Shown here in pieces: positions 24,985 to 38,949 of a DNA stretch of 64,000 nt (position 1 is its first letter; each line of letters starts with the position of its first letter). Source of the DNA: Azolla caroliniana (taxonomy: Eukaryota; Plantae; Polypodiophyta); NCBI GenBank assembly GCA_043228905.1, contig JBHGNT010000009.1:1116001-1180000 (forward strand), given 5' to 3'. The notes beneath the pieces were generated by a model that was not told where the DNA came from, searched no databases, and was given only the letters and a program-made list of their open reading frames with translations. Both the position numbers and the translations under genes were made by a program.

Positions 24985-27900
24985 TTAACTTGGGATGACT
25001 CTATCTTTGGCAGATTTAACTGCTTTCTCAACGTGAGAGTTAAAGCATTTGCCACAACAGTTAGCTACGGGACTGTTACCTTGCTCAGCGTCGAGATGCC
25101 AACATGATAACCCATCAGATCCCAAGTGACATAAAGCAAGCAACGTATGCACCGCCGCCCTCGCAATCTGTTTGAATTGCTCTTTACCTGAAGAAGATGA
25201 ACAGAATATATATGGATATTAACTATCTTTCATCTATCAATTATTCCAATATATATACTATTGCTAAGTCAAGAAACCATGAATACATACCAAGTTCCTC
25301 AGCCAAATACCAAGGCCATATCTGTTTCTTAACTATCTCCGTAAGATGCACTTTCAAGCCATCTTGAGAGGATGATCCAACATCACCCACACCATTTTTC
25401 CGAGCTCGCGATATATAAATATGCTTTTCAGCATCAACTGAAGCAGTTTTACTTGCATATGATTTGTCTTTAGCACTCGTTTCACTACATTTATAAAACT
25501 TGTGAAGTTCAAGCTTATGCTTTCCATTAGACTGTTGATAGCATGGAAGATCATGACTCGTGTGATCTTGAGAATTTCTTAAGCTTGCTTTATCCCTATC
25601 CATTTCATCACTCTCCCCAACAATCTCCAATTTGACATCTCTTGATGGATTTGATGGAGGTAAAGCTACCACGTCACTATTTATTTGCCTATAAGAAGCC
25701 AATGGAACAACACCTTCACAAGGATCCAATGGCGCCTTTGGGTTTCTCTTTACGATGAGATTTCGTTCATAGCGTGTTGTTTGCGAGGATTCTCCGGTAT
25801 CCTCATATGGAGTGGCCTTATTTCTTTCTACTTCCATAGGATTCATTCCAGAAATTACCACCAGAGAAGGATCGATTGTTTGCATATTTATATCAGCAAC
25901 TACAGAATTTCCTGTCTCTATCTGTTCCCAATTGCTACGTATGAAGTGAATTCTTTCTTGCAACCTACGTTGTTGAGGAACAGTCCTTGCAGACCCAATT
26001 TGAGAGCTAGAGATCGAGGCATGGCTCGATGAAATCGCCCTAACTGCTTGTGAAAGCAATACCGCTGGATCCCTCTCCCTACGCCGACCCAACAATCTCC
26101 TTTGTATCCTTCTCCTACTTTGTGATCTTACTCGTCTCCTCCTCTGCATCATGTTTGATGAACGTGACCTCAACTGAGTGCATGAAGATACAAGTGTTTC
26201 TCTCACCTGTCTCAGCTGTCTTGGCTGTTGATATCGAGAAGACTCAGGGGATGCTACAATGGATCTTAAAAGTGAATCTTCCTCTGCCTCTTCCTCTTCA
26301 CCCTCTTCATTTTCATCACTTTGTCCTTCATTATTGCCATCAGCGTCAGGAGCTAGAACAAGCTCCTCCTCTTCATTTTCATTGTCAGAGTTCTCTTTTA
26401 TCAATGCTTGACATGCTCTACAAAACCAATCTCCAAGAGGTACTGACATCCCAAGGCCGACACAGAATGTGTGGGCAGCAGCATCGCATCGATCACATAA
26501 GAGAAGCAGCCCTTCATCACCAACGTCATGGCATTCCATACAAACAATATCCGCATATGGATCTTCTAGGGGTATATCTTGTTCATCTGAAGGCACATAA
26601 ACCTGAAAAGGAACATCTTTCTTTAGCACTGTGTGATGCAATTTCTCAAAATTCTAAGTGTTTCTGCATGATGATTATATTGCCCTCTACAGTTAAATAC
26701 AAATGTCAAAAACCATCTCATTTAAAAACGCCCTTTTTCTACGCAAGTTTTGCATATAGATTTCTTGAATTTGAGATTATCAGTAACCAACTTTACTCTG
26801 GAACCATATGTAGCATAAACAATGTAAATAAAGTAAATGAGGTGTAAATGAATTAAATTTCAACCCAGGCCAATTAAAAACACTTCATCTATGATTTCTC
26901 CATAAATAAAAAACACAGTTTTTCCTAATCCATCAGTGTATGACACCTTCTGTATGTAAGTAATGTAACAAATGTAAGTAACCTAAAAACTATAAAAATA
27001 TAAAATAGCATAATTGATCTAAATAGGGTGTAAATGCAGGGCTTTAAAAACCTTTTGAATGTTAAACTCAGGCCTATTAAGAAAACGTCATCTCCTATAC
27101 AATCTGAGTTTAACTTCAGTATGTAAATGACAAAGATAACATAAAAATATGTATAAATAAAATAGATAGTATTAAGAACCTCATTTATGTTGAACTCACA
27201 TGCTATGGATTGTATATACTTTATCTAATAAAAATGTTTCAACATACCTGGTTTCGAAATGGTATCCGGACAGTTCTTTTCCGTTTCCCAGAACCACCTG
27301 GTTTAGTGATAGTAACAAATCGCTGCTTACACATTGGGCATCGAGACTCCACCTTCGCCCATTCCATAATACATCCGAAACAAAAGAAATGGTCACAACA
27401 ATCAAGCATCCCTTGCTCAATTTTGCTTTCCTCTATTAAACACACACCGCAAACCTTTGTATTTTCATCGTCTACTCTCATTCCACAGTGTTTTTTTGCA
27501 TCATTTCTTCCATTTTCATCCTGTAATATCTTCCTTTTACCTTTCTGCTTCTGCTTCTCATCATCATCACCAATATGATTTTCTGTTTTTTCTTCTTCAT
27601 TGTTTTGAGCAATTTCCAATGTGGTACGAAAAGAGGAGGAGGAAGAAGAAGCACACAAAGAGACATTTCTGGGGCAAGAAAACTGGTTCTTCCTTCTCTC
27701 TCTCTCAAGGAAATCATTTTCAAGAGCTCTTTGCAAATCGACGTCAAATTCTTCATCAAGATCCTTCAGGGCATCGGAACGGGAAGAGACACGATCCCTA
27801 TGACCATTTTGCTGCCGTTTCGGGCGGCGATTCAAACATCTCACAACAGAGTTTAAGTCATATTCTCGTCCTTCAGAGCCTAGCCCCACTTCATCATCAT

Positions 27901-27985
27901 CATCATCATCTTCTTCTTCTTCTTCTTCTTCTTCTTCATCATCATCATCATCATCAACATCTTCTTCTTCATCATCATCATCTTC

Positions 27986-28017
<32 letters not shown>

Positions 28018-28165
28018 CTTCTTGGCTTACCTTGAAATCTTCATCAGAAGAAGGGGAATTAGGCTTTGGCGGGGGTCTGGTGCGGGGTCGAGGGCGTCGA
28101 GGTGTTCTTCTTCGTCTCTTGCGTGAAGAGGTTCTGCGTTTCTTGGTCTTTCTCTTCCTAGGCAT
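24985..28165 (-). CDS. RING-finger + PHD-finger protein (PHRF1-like), about 810 aa
   Basis: Exons 28165-27248, 26602-25291 and 25187-24985, GT-AG with consistent phases. Basic N-terminus and acidic tract; RING CGVC...CCDHFFCFGCIMEWAKVESRCPMC; junction RNQ|VYVP; PHD CMECHDVGDEGLLLLCDRCDAAAHTFC...WFCRAC; C-terminal FKQIARAAVHTLLA...CGKCF. Confidence 0.92.
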
Positions 28166-28331
28166 ATTGGCTGCTCTGTTTTTCCTAAGATACTGCTCAA
28201 TGCTGCTATCACCATGATTCTATCTCAGTTCTGTCAGTGGTTTCACACACTCTCTTAATTCAATTTATGATGTGGGCTTCTGTTGGTTTGTGCCTTCTTC
28301 ACTGTAGTACAGCCATGGAGATTGCCATCCA

Positions 28332-28558
28332 TAGGAGTCGGCACCGGCTCCGCAGTTCAGCAGTTCAGTTCGGTTTAGGCTTGAGCCTCCTTAACCGGTT
28401 TGAGCTCGGTTTGGGATGGCTCAAGCCGAACCAAACCGTTTGGGCTAAACCAGTTAAAGCTCAATCGGTTTGGATAAACTGGTTTCGGAGACGGTTCAGT
28501 TCAAATTTGAAAACCCCCAAACCGGTTAAGTCGAAACCGAACCGCTCAATGATTCCTA
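28332..28558. mobile_element. Degenerate AACCG-rich hAT-type MITE about 170 bp upstream of the RING-PHD start
   Basis: TAGGAGTCGGCA...GATTCCTA imperfect TIRs and AACCG/CGGTT repeats like the element at 56330-56761. No TSD recognisable. Confidence 0.55.
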
Positions 28559-28610
28559 GAGATTGGGGCGGAAGCTCCATACCAAGCGTACACATGGAAC
28601 CCCCACACCA

Positions 28611-28825
28611 GTCTCCTTGTCTCAGGACATGCTTTATACTGAATTTATTGCTTCACAATCGAACTACAAACGAAGATGTTTTAAGTGCTCCCCTAGTGAA
28701 GATTTCTCATTGGCCATGTCTCCTTGTCTCATGACATGCTTTCTACTGAATTTATTGCTTCACAATCGAACTACAAACGAAGATGTTTTAAGGGCTTCCC
28801 CGGAGAAGATTTCTCATGAGCCATG
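28611..28825. repeat. About 108-bp tandem duplication
   Basis: GTCTCCTTGTCTCA.GACATGCTTT.TACTGAATTTATTGCTTCACAATCGAACTACAAACGAAGATG...GCCATG x2. Confidence 0.9.
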
Positions 28826-30105
28826 CATGGCCAATACCCCAATTATGGGGGCATATATATATATGTATATAACCCGTGTGAAATTGTTTCACATTGTTGC
28901 ATAACTTTTACTTAACATGTTTAGTTTGAGCAAATAAGCTACTCTCACAAGGGGAGAAAGCAAGTGTACCGCTTAACCATGGTCTTTTACACATATAGCC
29001 CTTATGCATCACCTTAAGGCATCTTCTTAGATAGGTCTATCAACACTTTTGAACATATCAACACCGGGGGCGGTGTCTATTGGGCTTGTCCTATACCAAA
29101 CCGTCCTACCAAATCCTATCTTGACATCCCAAATAATATGTTTTCGACTAAGCGTTTCAATCAAGCTTATTTCTACTTGAAAACCATGTTGTAAAGAACT
29201 GACATATAATTCTATCAATGATCAAGCATGTAGATGAAAAAGATAAGCAAATTATGTGCAATGCAAGGGGTGGTTGTGTGTGTGTGTGTGTGCACAAATC
29301 ATTAATTCTCTCATTCCAGACCTCATATTGATCCAAGCTTTACCCATGGTTTCCTTGTCTTCATTTGACACGTTGTACCCATTAACTATGATGATCTATA
29401 GCAATGCATCATATTAACTACGGTAAGCCTCAAATTGAGGTGAACCCCCCAAAAGGAATATTTACAATAATTCAATCAGTATTTTCAAATCTCGACACCT
29501 TTCTGGTCAATAACAAATGCTACACTCTTTTAGTAACAGTTCAGCAGACATTAGTCTAGCTCCAGAACCAACTGCCATGAATGGTTACCACAAGAATTGT
29601 GCAGCTCACATTAGGAATTGGAGTCTCATACAAAGTAAACATCATATTGCCGTCCTCATGGATATAAAGGTGTTTTTGGTTACAAAAAAGGATTAAATTA
29701 TAGACATTACAAATCTGTGTGTTCTTGTGGTACAGGTCCTTATAAGCAAATAAATCAGTTTTGTCCCAATTGACGATGCCACAATGCAATTGCTCTCAAC
29801 TTTTAATCCAAAAGTTTCCAAGCTTCAAAATACATGATTCTCCACGTGTATTATACATATGAACTGAATCATCCAAGAGCATTGTCACTCATCTAGCCTT
29901 CTTTCTATTTACCCTTTACATGCTCAATGGAATTTTGAACACACTTCCCAGTTTCGAAAATTGCATCTCATAATCTGTTGAATATCTTGATCCAAATAAA
30001 TTCTAGACTTGAATCTTAAATTCAGGATTCTTGAATATTTCATTTGCAATGCAATGCTCTCCCCCCAGGATGATAAATCCAAATGAAAAAGGAAGAAGTT
30101 GAGGG

Positions 30106-33100
30106 TCAGAGGTGCAAGATTGTTCTCAAAGTATCTGATAAATTTTGGACTTTCAGTTCTTCCTGCCCTGCTTGCCAACCTTGCAAAGGCATTTCTTCAT
30201 AGCAACTGAATTAAAACATCATGTATAATGAGTATGTATTAGCTAACATTCATGAATTAAATCAAGTTTATAAGCCTTGCATTGCATATAATTTTCTTTC
30301 TTACAGTTTATGATATGCCAAGGCTCGAGCTAAATTCGGCAAAGTTGTGCTGGTGGCAAGGCGTTTATGAACACTTGAAGGAAGGGGTAGCTGTAAAAGT
30401 AATAATATAACATAATTCTCTATTTCAAAACTGAAACACAGATATAAGAAATACTAGTAAAAGAATCTGAAATGCACAAGTTTTCTCCAATTCTCAAGAT
30501 GCCCCTAGGTTTTCAATATTTCCCCAAATGTCCTTGGCCAAATCCCTGAAAGTAAAATTATATGTGCTATTTGAGCAATCGCATGGTCAATTCATCCCCG
30601 TCTCTCAATTATAGGTGCTATTTTTGAAGAATTACAAGGTCAATTAATCCTCTTTTTCTATCGCTAAGGAAATTTGAGGAAACAGAGATTAACTTTTGGC
30701 CATTTGGGGAAATAAAGAAAATATTGCATTCTTTGGAGTTTTTCCCTTAAAATACTATGAGTTGCGTCTTGAGATCACACACTACCTCACTAGTTAGTGG
30801 TTTTCTTCCCCTTTTTGGAGGTGCATCGCCCAGGCCTCCGCCATTATAAAGTTCTTGTACGGCTTCCAGAGCTACTGAATTCCCTTTGTCAACTTCTTCT
30901 TCACCAAATATGCTGTTTGATATCAATGCAAGGGGCGAGATGTCTGTTGCTCTAAGGAATGGAATAGGCACGGTATTCCCTCCACAATAGAAAGAAAGTA
31001 GCTACAGACAATTTCCATAAGAGAATAATAAAAGAATGTCACAACATGTTTGTTTAATCATTTATATCCACACCATGAATAACAGACTAATTTTGACGGA
31101 AAATTCCAAAGTATCTACAAGTTTCTCACTATTTCTCTAAATATCCCTGGGTAAACATCCTGTCTCTCTCCAAATCACTCTAAACTCCAAGAGATAGATA
31201 GATAGAAGCGGATGGGTGAAGGATGAGAAATAGAACAGAAACTTGGGGTTATTTTAGGAAATAAAATATTAACTCAAGGAAATCGGGGAAATTCAAGGTT
31301 CGTAAATTTAATGGATCAAGTCAAACACTTGAAAAAGAAGACCAACAACAATCACCTTATCTTTCAAGGAAAAAGTTTGGCGACCACCCGCAAGCAACCC
31401 TCTTGGGGTAGAAAGCACAGGAGCAGCATACATCTCCCCACTCTCAATAACTCCCTTTATATGTTTTGTATCATTTAAACTGCTCTGCTGAACAGGAGTT
31501 GAGGACTGTGTTTGTGTTGCCACAGGGTCTACCCCATGCACCTCAACTTCAGCTAGTGCTCCTTCATGATTCGGCACATGCTCTATTCTGTCATCATATT
31601 TCAGCATTCAGATTTTTGATAACAAGAATAGAAATGCTACCACAGATGAAATATTGAACGTTATATGTAAAAAAAGTTAACTTTGAATCTGAAAATCCTT
31701 CAGCAAGAGAATCCGCATTATCCTCAGTCTTCTTCACTTCCGAAGTATTATCTGCCTGCTGCAATTCAACTTGATTGCTTGAATCTTCTAAATGCACAAC
31801 CATCGTGTTGAATTCAGCAAATTCTGGTACAAATTTCCAAATCATATAAATACATAATCATATTGATAACAAAGCATTAACGGTATTTTTAAATCTACCT
31901 TCACCATCATGTACAATAGTTGTCCCTTGCACTTGTGAACTCTTTCTGAGAGATTCCTGTGTAGTTGTTTTCTCCCCTTTCACAAGTACAGTGGCACCAT
32001 ATACTTCACCCATTTTAACAGTGTTTCCTCTTTCCCAAGACCGTTGCTGTCAAAATATTAGTGTGATTGAAAGAAGTTAGGACAAATAGCTTTAATCAAC
32101 CGAAATTTGATAAAACTTAGATAGCCCAAGAAAATTGAGCATTTACAAAACTTCTACCTGAGGCAAGGTTGTTCCCCCTGATGTATCCAAATTCTGTAGG
32201 GTTCTTTGGGGCACGGTTTGCAACATAATTAATCTTGCTTTTTCAATTCTTGGAAGCATGCAACTAGCATTGCCATTGCATCTTGCTATAAACTTGTGCT
32301 GAAATAGAAAATGCAGCATAGCATTTGCAACTTTAGCACACCTAGTTTATAATGTGAATAAACATATAATCTAGAACTCTGAAAACAAAAAAATTGTGAA
32401 TTTTGATGAAAGATATATACTTCAAGCATGTCTGTAGCAGATTGGCGTATTCTGGTTTCTTTCGTGAGGCACTTGGCCACAAAATCATGGAATATCAACG
32501 ACCTGAGCATACAATTGATCAAAGAACTCAAAAGGGCTATCCAATAGAACATTGCAGCAGTGTCAGATTTGAAGTGAACAGTTTAATTTCATTCATATAC
32601 AGTGAATTCAGGGAGCTATTTCTTGCTGACTTATGTGCATTCTTTTTTTCAATTTATATTTTATTGGGAGCAAGATGCAGAATAGGAGCAGAAAGCTATA
32701 TGATGTCTTGAATCGATCTCTAACATAAGATAATGTACGATAGAATTGGAGAAACATTTCCATTAAAACTGGATGCCATTTTCTCTAACTAAGTTGAATA
32801 TGTTGGAGTTTTATTTCATTCTTAACACTAACTTGGATTGTCAGGATTGGAATTATTTTCCATTGGTCCTAGATCCATCATAGTGACCATCTCTGATCCT
32901 TATGGTTGACTCAGAGATCACATAAACAAAATCAAAGAATTTTTAATACAACTTCCTTGCTGGAAAAAGAAGAGACGAACTCCCTCGTGCACAAAACTCC
33001 TACACACAATCTGTCTTTTCATGCCTCATTAATGACCTTTTCTATAATTCACTCCAAAAAACACATTATCAAATCTATATTTCTCTCCTAGTAGAAAGTG

Positions 33101-36100
33101 GCCAGCAATATGTTCTATTCATCTTATTGTTTTTCCACTGTCTCCAGACACATTCTTCTAAGTTTCAACAATATAGTTTAGGTAAATGCATTGATTATCT
33201 TCAGACATTCAATTCTGAATAAAACATGTTTTACAATTGTACATATTGCCAATAACACAAGCATACCATTTCTCCTTGTCTTCTAGCATGGGTGCAGGCT
33301 CCTTCAATATCATGAAAAGAACCTAAAAAACCAATATTCCACTATTATATTTATGCTATGGTAAAATGGGTATGCTTTCATAAGGGGCTTCATCTTTACA
33401 TACTGGCATAGATTAATATAGCAAGCATAGGACCATGCTACAAATATGATAGAATGATTCAAGGCGGCAACTAAAGGTTCCTTCACTAGAATAATAGATA
33501 GATCATTTTCATTTATAAATAACTGTTTTTATTTAATGCACAATTTAACAGCATGCAGAAATTCAGTAGATATCCAAGAGCTCAGCTCATATTCTTCTTT
33601 GTCGAGAAAACTACCCATTTATTAGTGAAAAAAATCAAATTAATAGTTCCAAACTACACAAATGCCTATAATCCTACCCGTAAAGGATGCACATGACATC
33701 TTGGAGGAAGCCCCTAGACAAAAACATCAAACAAGTTAGTGATGAGCAAATAAAAAGTTCCTGAAATTTGTATGGTAGAAAGCAAAATTATTTCACCTCA
33801 GCCATTTCAATTGCAGAGATTCCAAGCGACCAGACATCCACCTATAGCATAAATGGATGTTACTGTGTTCCATAATTCTACATATGGTATAAAGTTGTAC
33901 AGCAAAATTTCATTACCTTCCCATCATATTGAGTTCCTTGAATCACTTCAGGCGCCATCCAATGTGGCGTGCCTATAGACTACAAATAAAATAAACGTCA
34001 TGATTACTGCTTTAAATACGAACTTCAAACAGCAATATATACATTTCTTAATACATTTCTAGACTCAAACCAAAGACCTCTTTGTTAAGAGTTCTTTCGC
34101 TATACCATTAAGATATATTGAGTCACTTATAAAAAATATAATACAAATTGAAAATGTACTTCAATGAGTCAGCATCATGCATGTACTACACAGAAAATTG
34201 TATATAAGGACCTCTCACCTATATACAGGAGCATTATTGTAAGAAATAATATGAAATAAAGATCCTTCTGTGTCAATACTTTCTCAATCTTCTACTAAAA
34301 TTACAACAGCAAGTATATCAGAAGCACAAGGGCAGTGGAAGCATACTGTGTTACGCTTAGAGAGTGTCCTTGTCAACTGTGCGGCGACGCCGAAATCACC
34401 TGGACAACAAAATGAGAAAGTCAGGTATCACCAAGATTTTTTCAGTGCAAAACGAGCAACAACAATAAGACAATATAAAACATAAACGTCATATATAGAA
34501 GTGGAATATCTAACTCCTTTTTAAGCAATAGTCAGAGGGTACTCACCAAGTTTCACCTCTCCCTGCTCTGTAAGTAAAATATTACCACCTTTAATGTCTC
34601 TATGAACTTTATAAATAGAATGTAGATAAGCCAAGCCCTGCAATGAGCAAAAAATTGATATGCTGCATTAAAATCTCATCGATGAATAATCTAATAATGC
34701 AGTATTCCATGTTTGAAATTACTGTATTGAACAGAGGCAGAAGATTATGGTCATATGTCCATGGTAGTCTTCAAGTTTAATACAATGAAGTGCCCTGGAG
34801 TGTTATAATTTTCATTTCATAATAGAACCAGAAATATACCTTCAGGGCTTCCGCACAAACATAGGCAATCTGGCGTTCCTCCAATGTTTCTTCAGTCACC
34901 TGCAGCAGATCCGCCACACTTCCTCCACCACAATATTCCATTACAATCTGTCATAATAAGTCCCTCTTTTAGTATCTTGACAATATGTTTAAAATTATTG
35001 GCAACAGATTTGGACTCTGGTTAGGATAATACCCAAAGATACTCTTCTGCTTGATAACTGCCTAGATATCGAACAACATTAGGATGATTGCATTCCTGGA
35101 GCATCTCGATCTCTCCACAAATGTCTTCATAGCCTTCTTCCTAATATAAATATAACTATGTGAGAGAGAGAGATCTAGTAATCATGTCAATCTCAACATC
35201 CGACAGTTTTGCTTTGTCTTACCCCCTCACTCAACGAGATAACCTTGATTGCCACCAATTCTGATGTTTTAAGATCTCTAGCCTTGTAGACTGACCCATA
35301 GGATCCTTTGCCTACATTACAAAAGACTCTGGTAAATTTAGGAAGAATAATCAATTAGAGTCTTGAATTTGCAATAAAACCTGAGAGTACCATGAATAAA
35401 TGTACTATCTAGTTAATACAACATGGATTGTATTCAATATATAGTACACCTGACTGGCATTTCATTGATATACATGGTAATGATAACTTGTTCGTTTTCC
35501 TATACACTCTTTTCAGAGGCTCCTGTGATCTTTGGTTCCAAGATTCTCCAATATTTGCTTTGCAGCTATTCTTTTAATTTGCTTAAGAAATTTTGTCTGC
35601 AATAATATTTATTGCAGACAGAACTTTAGATGTTCAACTGTAGCACTCATTGTATATAGAACTTTAGATGTTTCATTGTAGCAATTGTTATTTCAACAAC
35701 CATATCTATCTTCAGTGTTGACAGAAAAATTTGTCAAAATCCTCTAGTAGTTATGGAATCCTTCTCACTAGATTCTTTCAAACAGCAACCTGACTTTTAT
35801 ATCTATATCCCATAATCTTAAATATATTCTTCACATTCACAGTCATCAGTTCAATATTTCTAGCGATTGGTTGAATAGCAAAAAACAAAACTTCCAAGTC
35901 TCATCTCATATATGTACTTCTTCCAAAATCATGTATTCTATCTTTATCATAACTTGTGAAAACTAATGCTTGTTTTCACTGGGATCATTAGCTATACAAT
36001 GACATGCATGATGTGTAATTCTACCATGAGCAACATATCTACATCAAAGAGAAATGGTGTAGGAGCATCCAATTGCAACTTCTTCTATAAATCAAGCATG

Positions 36101-37270
36101 GCTTCATCTCCATCCTTCCTTCTCTCACAGTCACAGTGTGCATGCACTCTTGATTGTGTCATTCATTAGTAAAGTCCTTGAAATTGAGAATCACTACTCA
36201 TTTTCACATGTATTGCATGATAATAAAATCTAACGATCTAGTAATATACATAATTAAAGGACTGTAATATTTCTCAGCTTCATATCAATCAATCGAATTC
36301 ATTTTTAAACTTACTATATCACATTCAACTAGATGATTTGGAATAAGTTACGGATCCGAACAATTACACCCTTACCGAGTTCATCAAGGAGCTCGTATTT
36401 CAAGGTGGGGTCTTCTCGAATCACATTATCCTGTGCAGGGCTACTTCCTCTTCTTCCAACACGTTGGCTTTTTTCATGAGCATCTCTTCGAGCATCCTTC
36501 AACCCTCTCTTCCTCTCTGATGTTTCCTTCTCACGCCTAAAACTCTCCACAGCCCTCGAAATAGAATTTGTATTGTCACCATTTTTGGTAACAACCGTCG
36601 AGAAAGCATTCTCACCTCCAGTTCGATGCAATATTGTTGAATAAACATCTGAACTATCATTTCGAGAAGTGCCGAGTCTTGGACCCGATAGTGGCACTTG
36701 TTTCTTATCCGGTCTTTTAACAACAAAAGTCGAGAAACTATCATTTCCATTATCATAGTCATCATCGTCTTCTTCTTGTAAATTTTCTTTTCCTTTCTGC
36801 TGCCGAGCTCGGATCCGAGATATGTGTGCATCTTTTTGCATATAGCGGATCGCAGCGGAGAAATCATCGCCTCTGAGAACAGCTCCGGCATCTTCGGTAG
36901 AAGTGGTAGCACTGTGAAGAACAACAGAGGATTCATCGTCATCTCTGGCAGGGAAGATAGGTATAATGTCAGAGGGATCTTCTGTGACATCAAAAGCATC
37001 AGTTCCTGCAAATCGCTTGGCCAAGCTCTGCAAGAGAAGAGGGGGCTCTTCTTCTTCTTCTTCCTCCTCCTCCTCCTCCTCTTCCTCTTCCTCTTCCTCT
37101 TCTTCTTCGTGACCTTCTCTTCGAAGCATGGTGGCATAAATGCCACCCGACTGGAGGAGTCCGCCATGGCCATCACCATCAACACCATCCTCATCTTCTC
37201 TGGTTCGATGGATGACTACAGTGGAGTAGATGTCAGAGTGGCCGTCTTCGTCTTCTTCAGGGGAAGCCAT
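30106..37270 (-). CDS. SIK1: STE20/Hippo-like MAP4K serine/threonine kinase (SIK1/MAP4K3 type), about 896 aa, 18 exons
   Basis: Exons 37270-36376, 35311-35223, 35140-35033, 34947-34840, 34637-34547, 34399-34347, 33979-33917, 33841-33797, 33713-33678, 33322-33267, 32502-32421, 32298-32158, 32046-31899, 31823-31682, 31587-31356, 31001-30786, 30390-30305 and 30205-30106, all GT-AG and in phase. Kinase motifs [25 protein letters not shown] and [12 protein letters not shown]1-type tail [16 protein letters not shown]...CYEEMPLQ...LRTILHL. Confidence 0.95.
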
Positions 37271-37438
37271 ATCCGCGTCTTCTCAATTGGGCATGGGCAA
37301 CAAGCTCCTGCACCTTCTCCTTCTCCTTCTCCTCCTCCTCCTGCTAGTCCTGATGCCTGACAAAGAAGCCATGTGGGGGTGTCTCCCCTGCTCCTCACCA
37401 ATCAATGAATCAATGAATCAATGAAGAAAGCTAGCTAA

Positions 37439-37865
37439 GGACATGTCCATCCCCATCCCCTGTCTCTACCGTACTGCCCATCATCATCATCACCACTCCC
37501 CTGCCATGGATCCCCCGGTACTGGACATGTCCATTGTCCGCCCGTCCATCCGCGTCGTGTCATGTCCATCCGCCCGCCCATCCGTGCCGTGTCGTGTCCA
37601 CCCGCCTACCCGCCCATCCATGTCGTGTCATGTCTGCCCGCCCATCCGCCCTTTCCAAACCTCGTCATGCCCACAGTACGGTAGAGATAGGGGATGGGGA
37701 TGGGCATGTCCATTGTCCACCCATCCATCTGCGTTGTGTCATGTCCATCCGCCCGCCCGCCCATCCGTGTCGTGTCGTGTCCACCCGCCTACCCGCCCAT
37801 CCATGTTGTGTCGTGTCCGCCCGCCCATCCGCCCTTTCCGAACCTCGTCATGCCCACCGCCCATC
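37439..37865. repeat. GC-rich fold-back plus tandem repeat immediately upstream of the kinase
   Basis: 38-bp inverted repeat at 37439-37476 and 37674-37711 (36/38 match). A unit of CATGTCCA/CCGCCCGCCCATCC motifs is repeated at about 37525-37673 and 37705-37860. Confidence 0.85.
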
Positions 37866-38949
37866 CTTTTACACCTCCTCCCCCTCGCCCACAAAATGCA
37901 CAACATATGACTCAATGCCCGCCCAAAGTACACCTACGTATTCACAGTTGGTTCATGTTGGTCTGACTTGACTCAATTGCTGGATGGGGCGACCCACAAT
38001 GCCTCCTTGCCCACACACGTTCCCGCAAGCGGAGAGCCTAACCCTCCTGGGTCCTAGTTCAGCTCACTTGGGAGATGTCGTTGCACCTTCTCTTCCTTTC
38101 TTCTAATGCTTCAAATTCCCTTTCTATAACCTGCAATCGTTTGCCCAGCTGTGAGCTCGCAAAAAGTCTCACTCAAAGGTTCAAACGACAATCAAGTCCT
38201 TTCTCTTAAGATGGGTTGGGTGTGCCATGGCGGCGGATTCATTTGAACATATTTGTTGCAACTCAGGTCCGACATGTTCACTTTACTAAAGCATATGTTT
38301 ACCTAGTGAGGTGAACACATACTCTTATCTCTAGAGTGCATGAGTGGGTGGTGAGCACATGAGCTTTGATAGGTCATGATAGTAATATGTTGTGAATATG
38401 AGTTCAACAATAGAGCATACGACTAAGGAGGAAGCACAAGTTCTTTGCTAGAACATGAGTATGATGTGTGGACTTGTGCTCTTTGCTAGAGAATGCGGCA
38501 CATTTTTGCTCTTGAGAGTGGGTTCATTGATAGGGTTGCATTCACATTGGAGCATAGGTTATTTTCTTCTTGTGTTGTGTCACTTTTAAACATTTTTAAG
38601 ACCAAGTGCTTATCATCAAAACATGGGCTTACTGATAGCTATAATTCTCTAAACTTAGCACATTCGTCTTCGATGAGCCCAATGTCTAATTGGAAATCTG
38701 AGCATGTAGCCCTGTTGGATATTAGGATTTTGGGAGAGCTTGGGAGGACAAACATGCAGGATACAATGGAGTCAATGATGTTGGTGGTTGAAGGGGAAGA
38801 TGATATCTATGGTGGTGGTGAGAAGACAAGAAAGTTGGTTGATATCAACGTAGCCAAGTTGGAGTAGACTCTTGTTGGTCAAATATGTCAATTAGAAATC
38901 CAAGAGGAATACTTGTCCTAATAAACCTTTGTTATCATACTAGATGAGC

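Noticed and set aside
37443-37971. Pro/Arg/Cys-rich ORFs in several frames
   Set aside because: Products of a GC-rich tandem repeat that is open in all frames.
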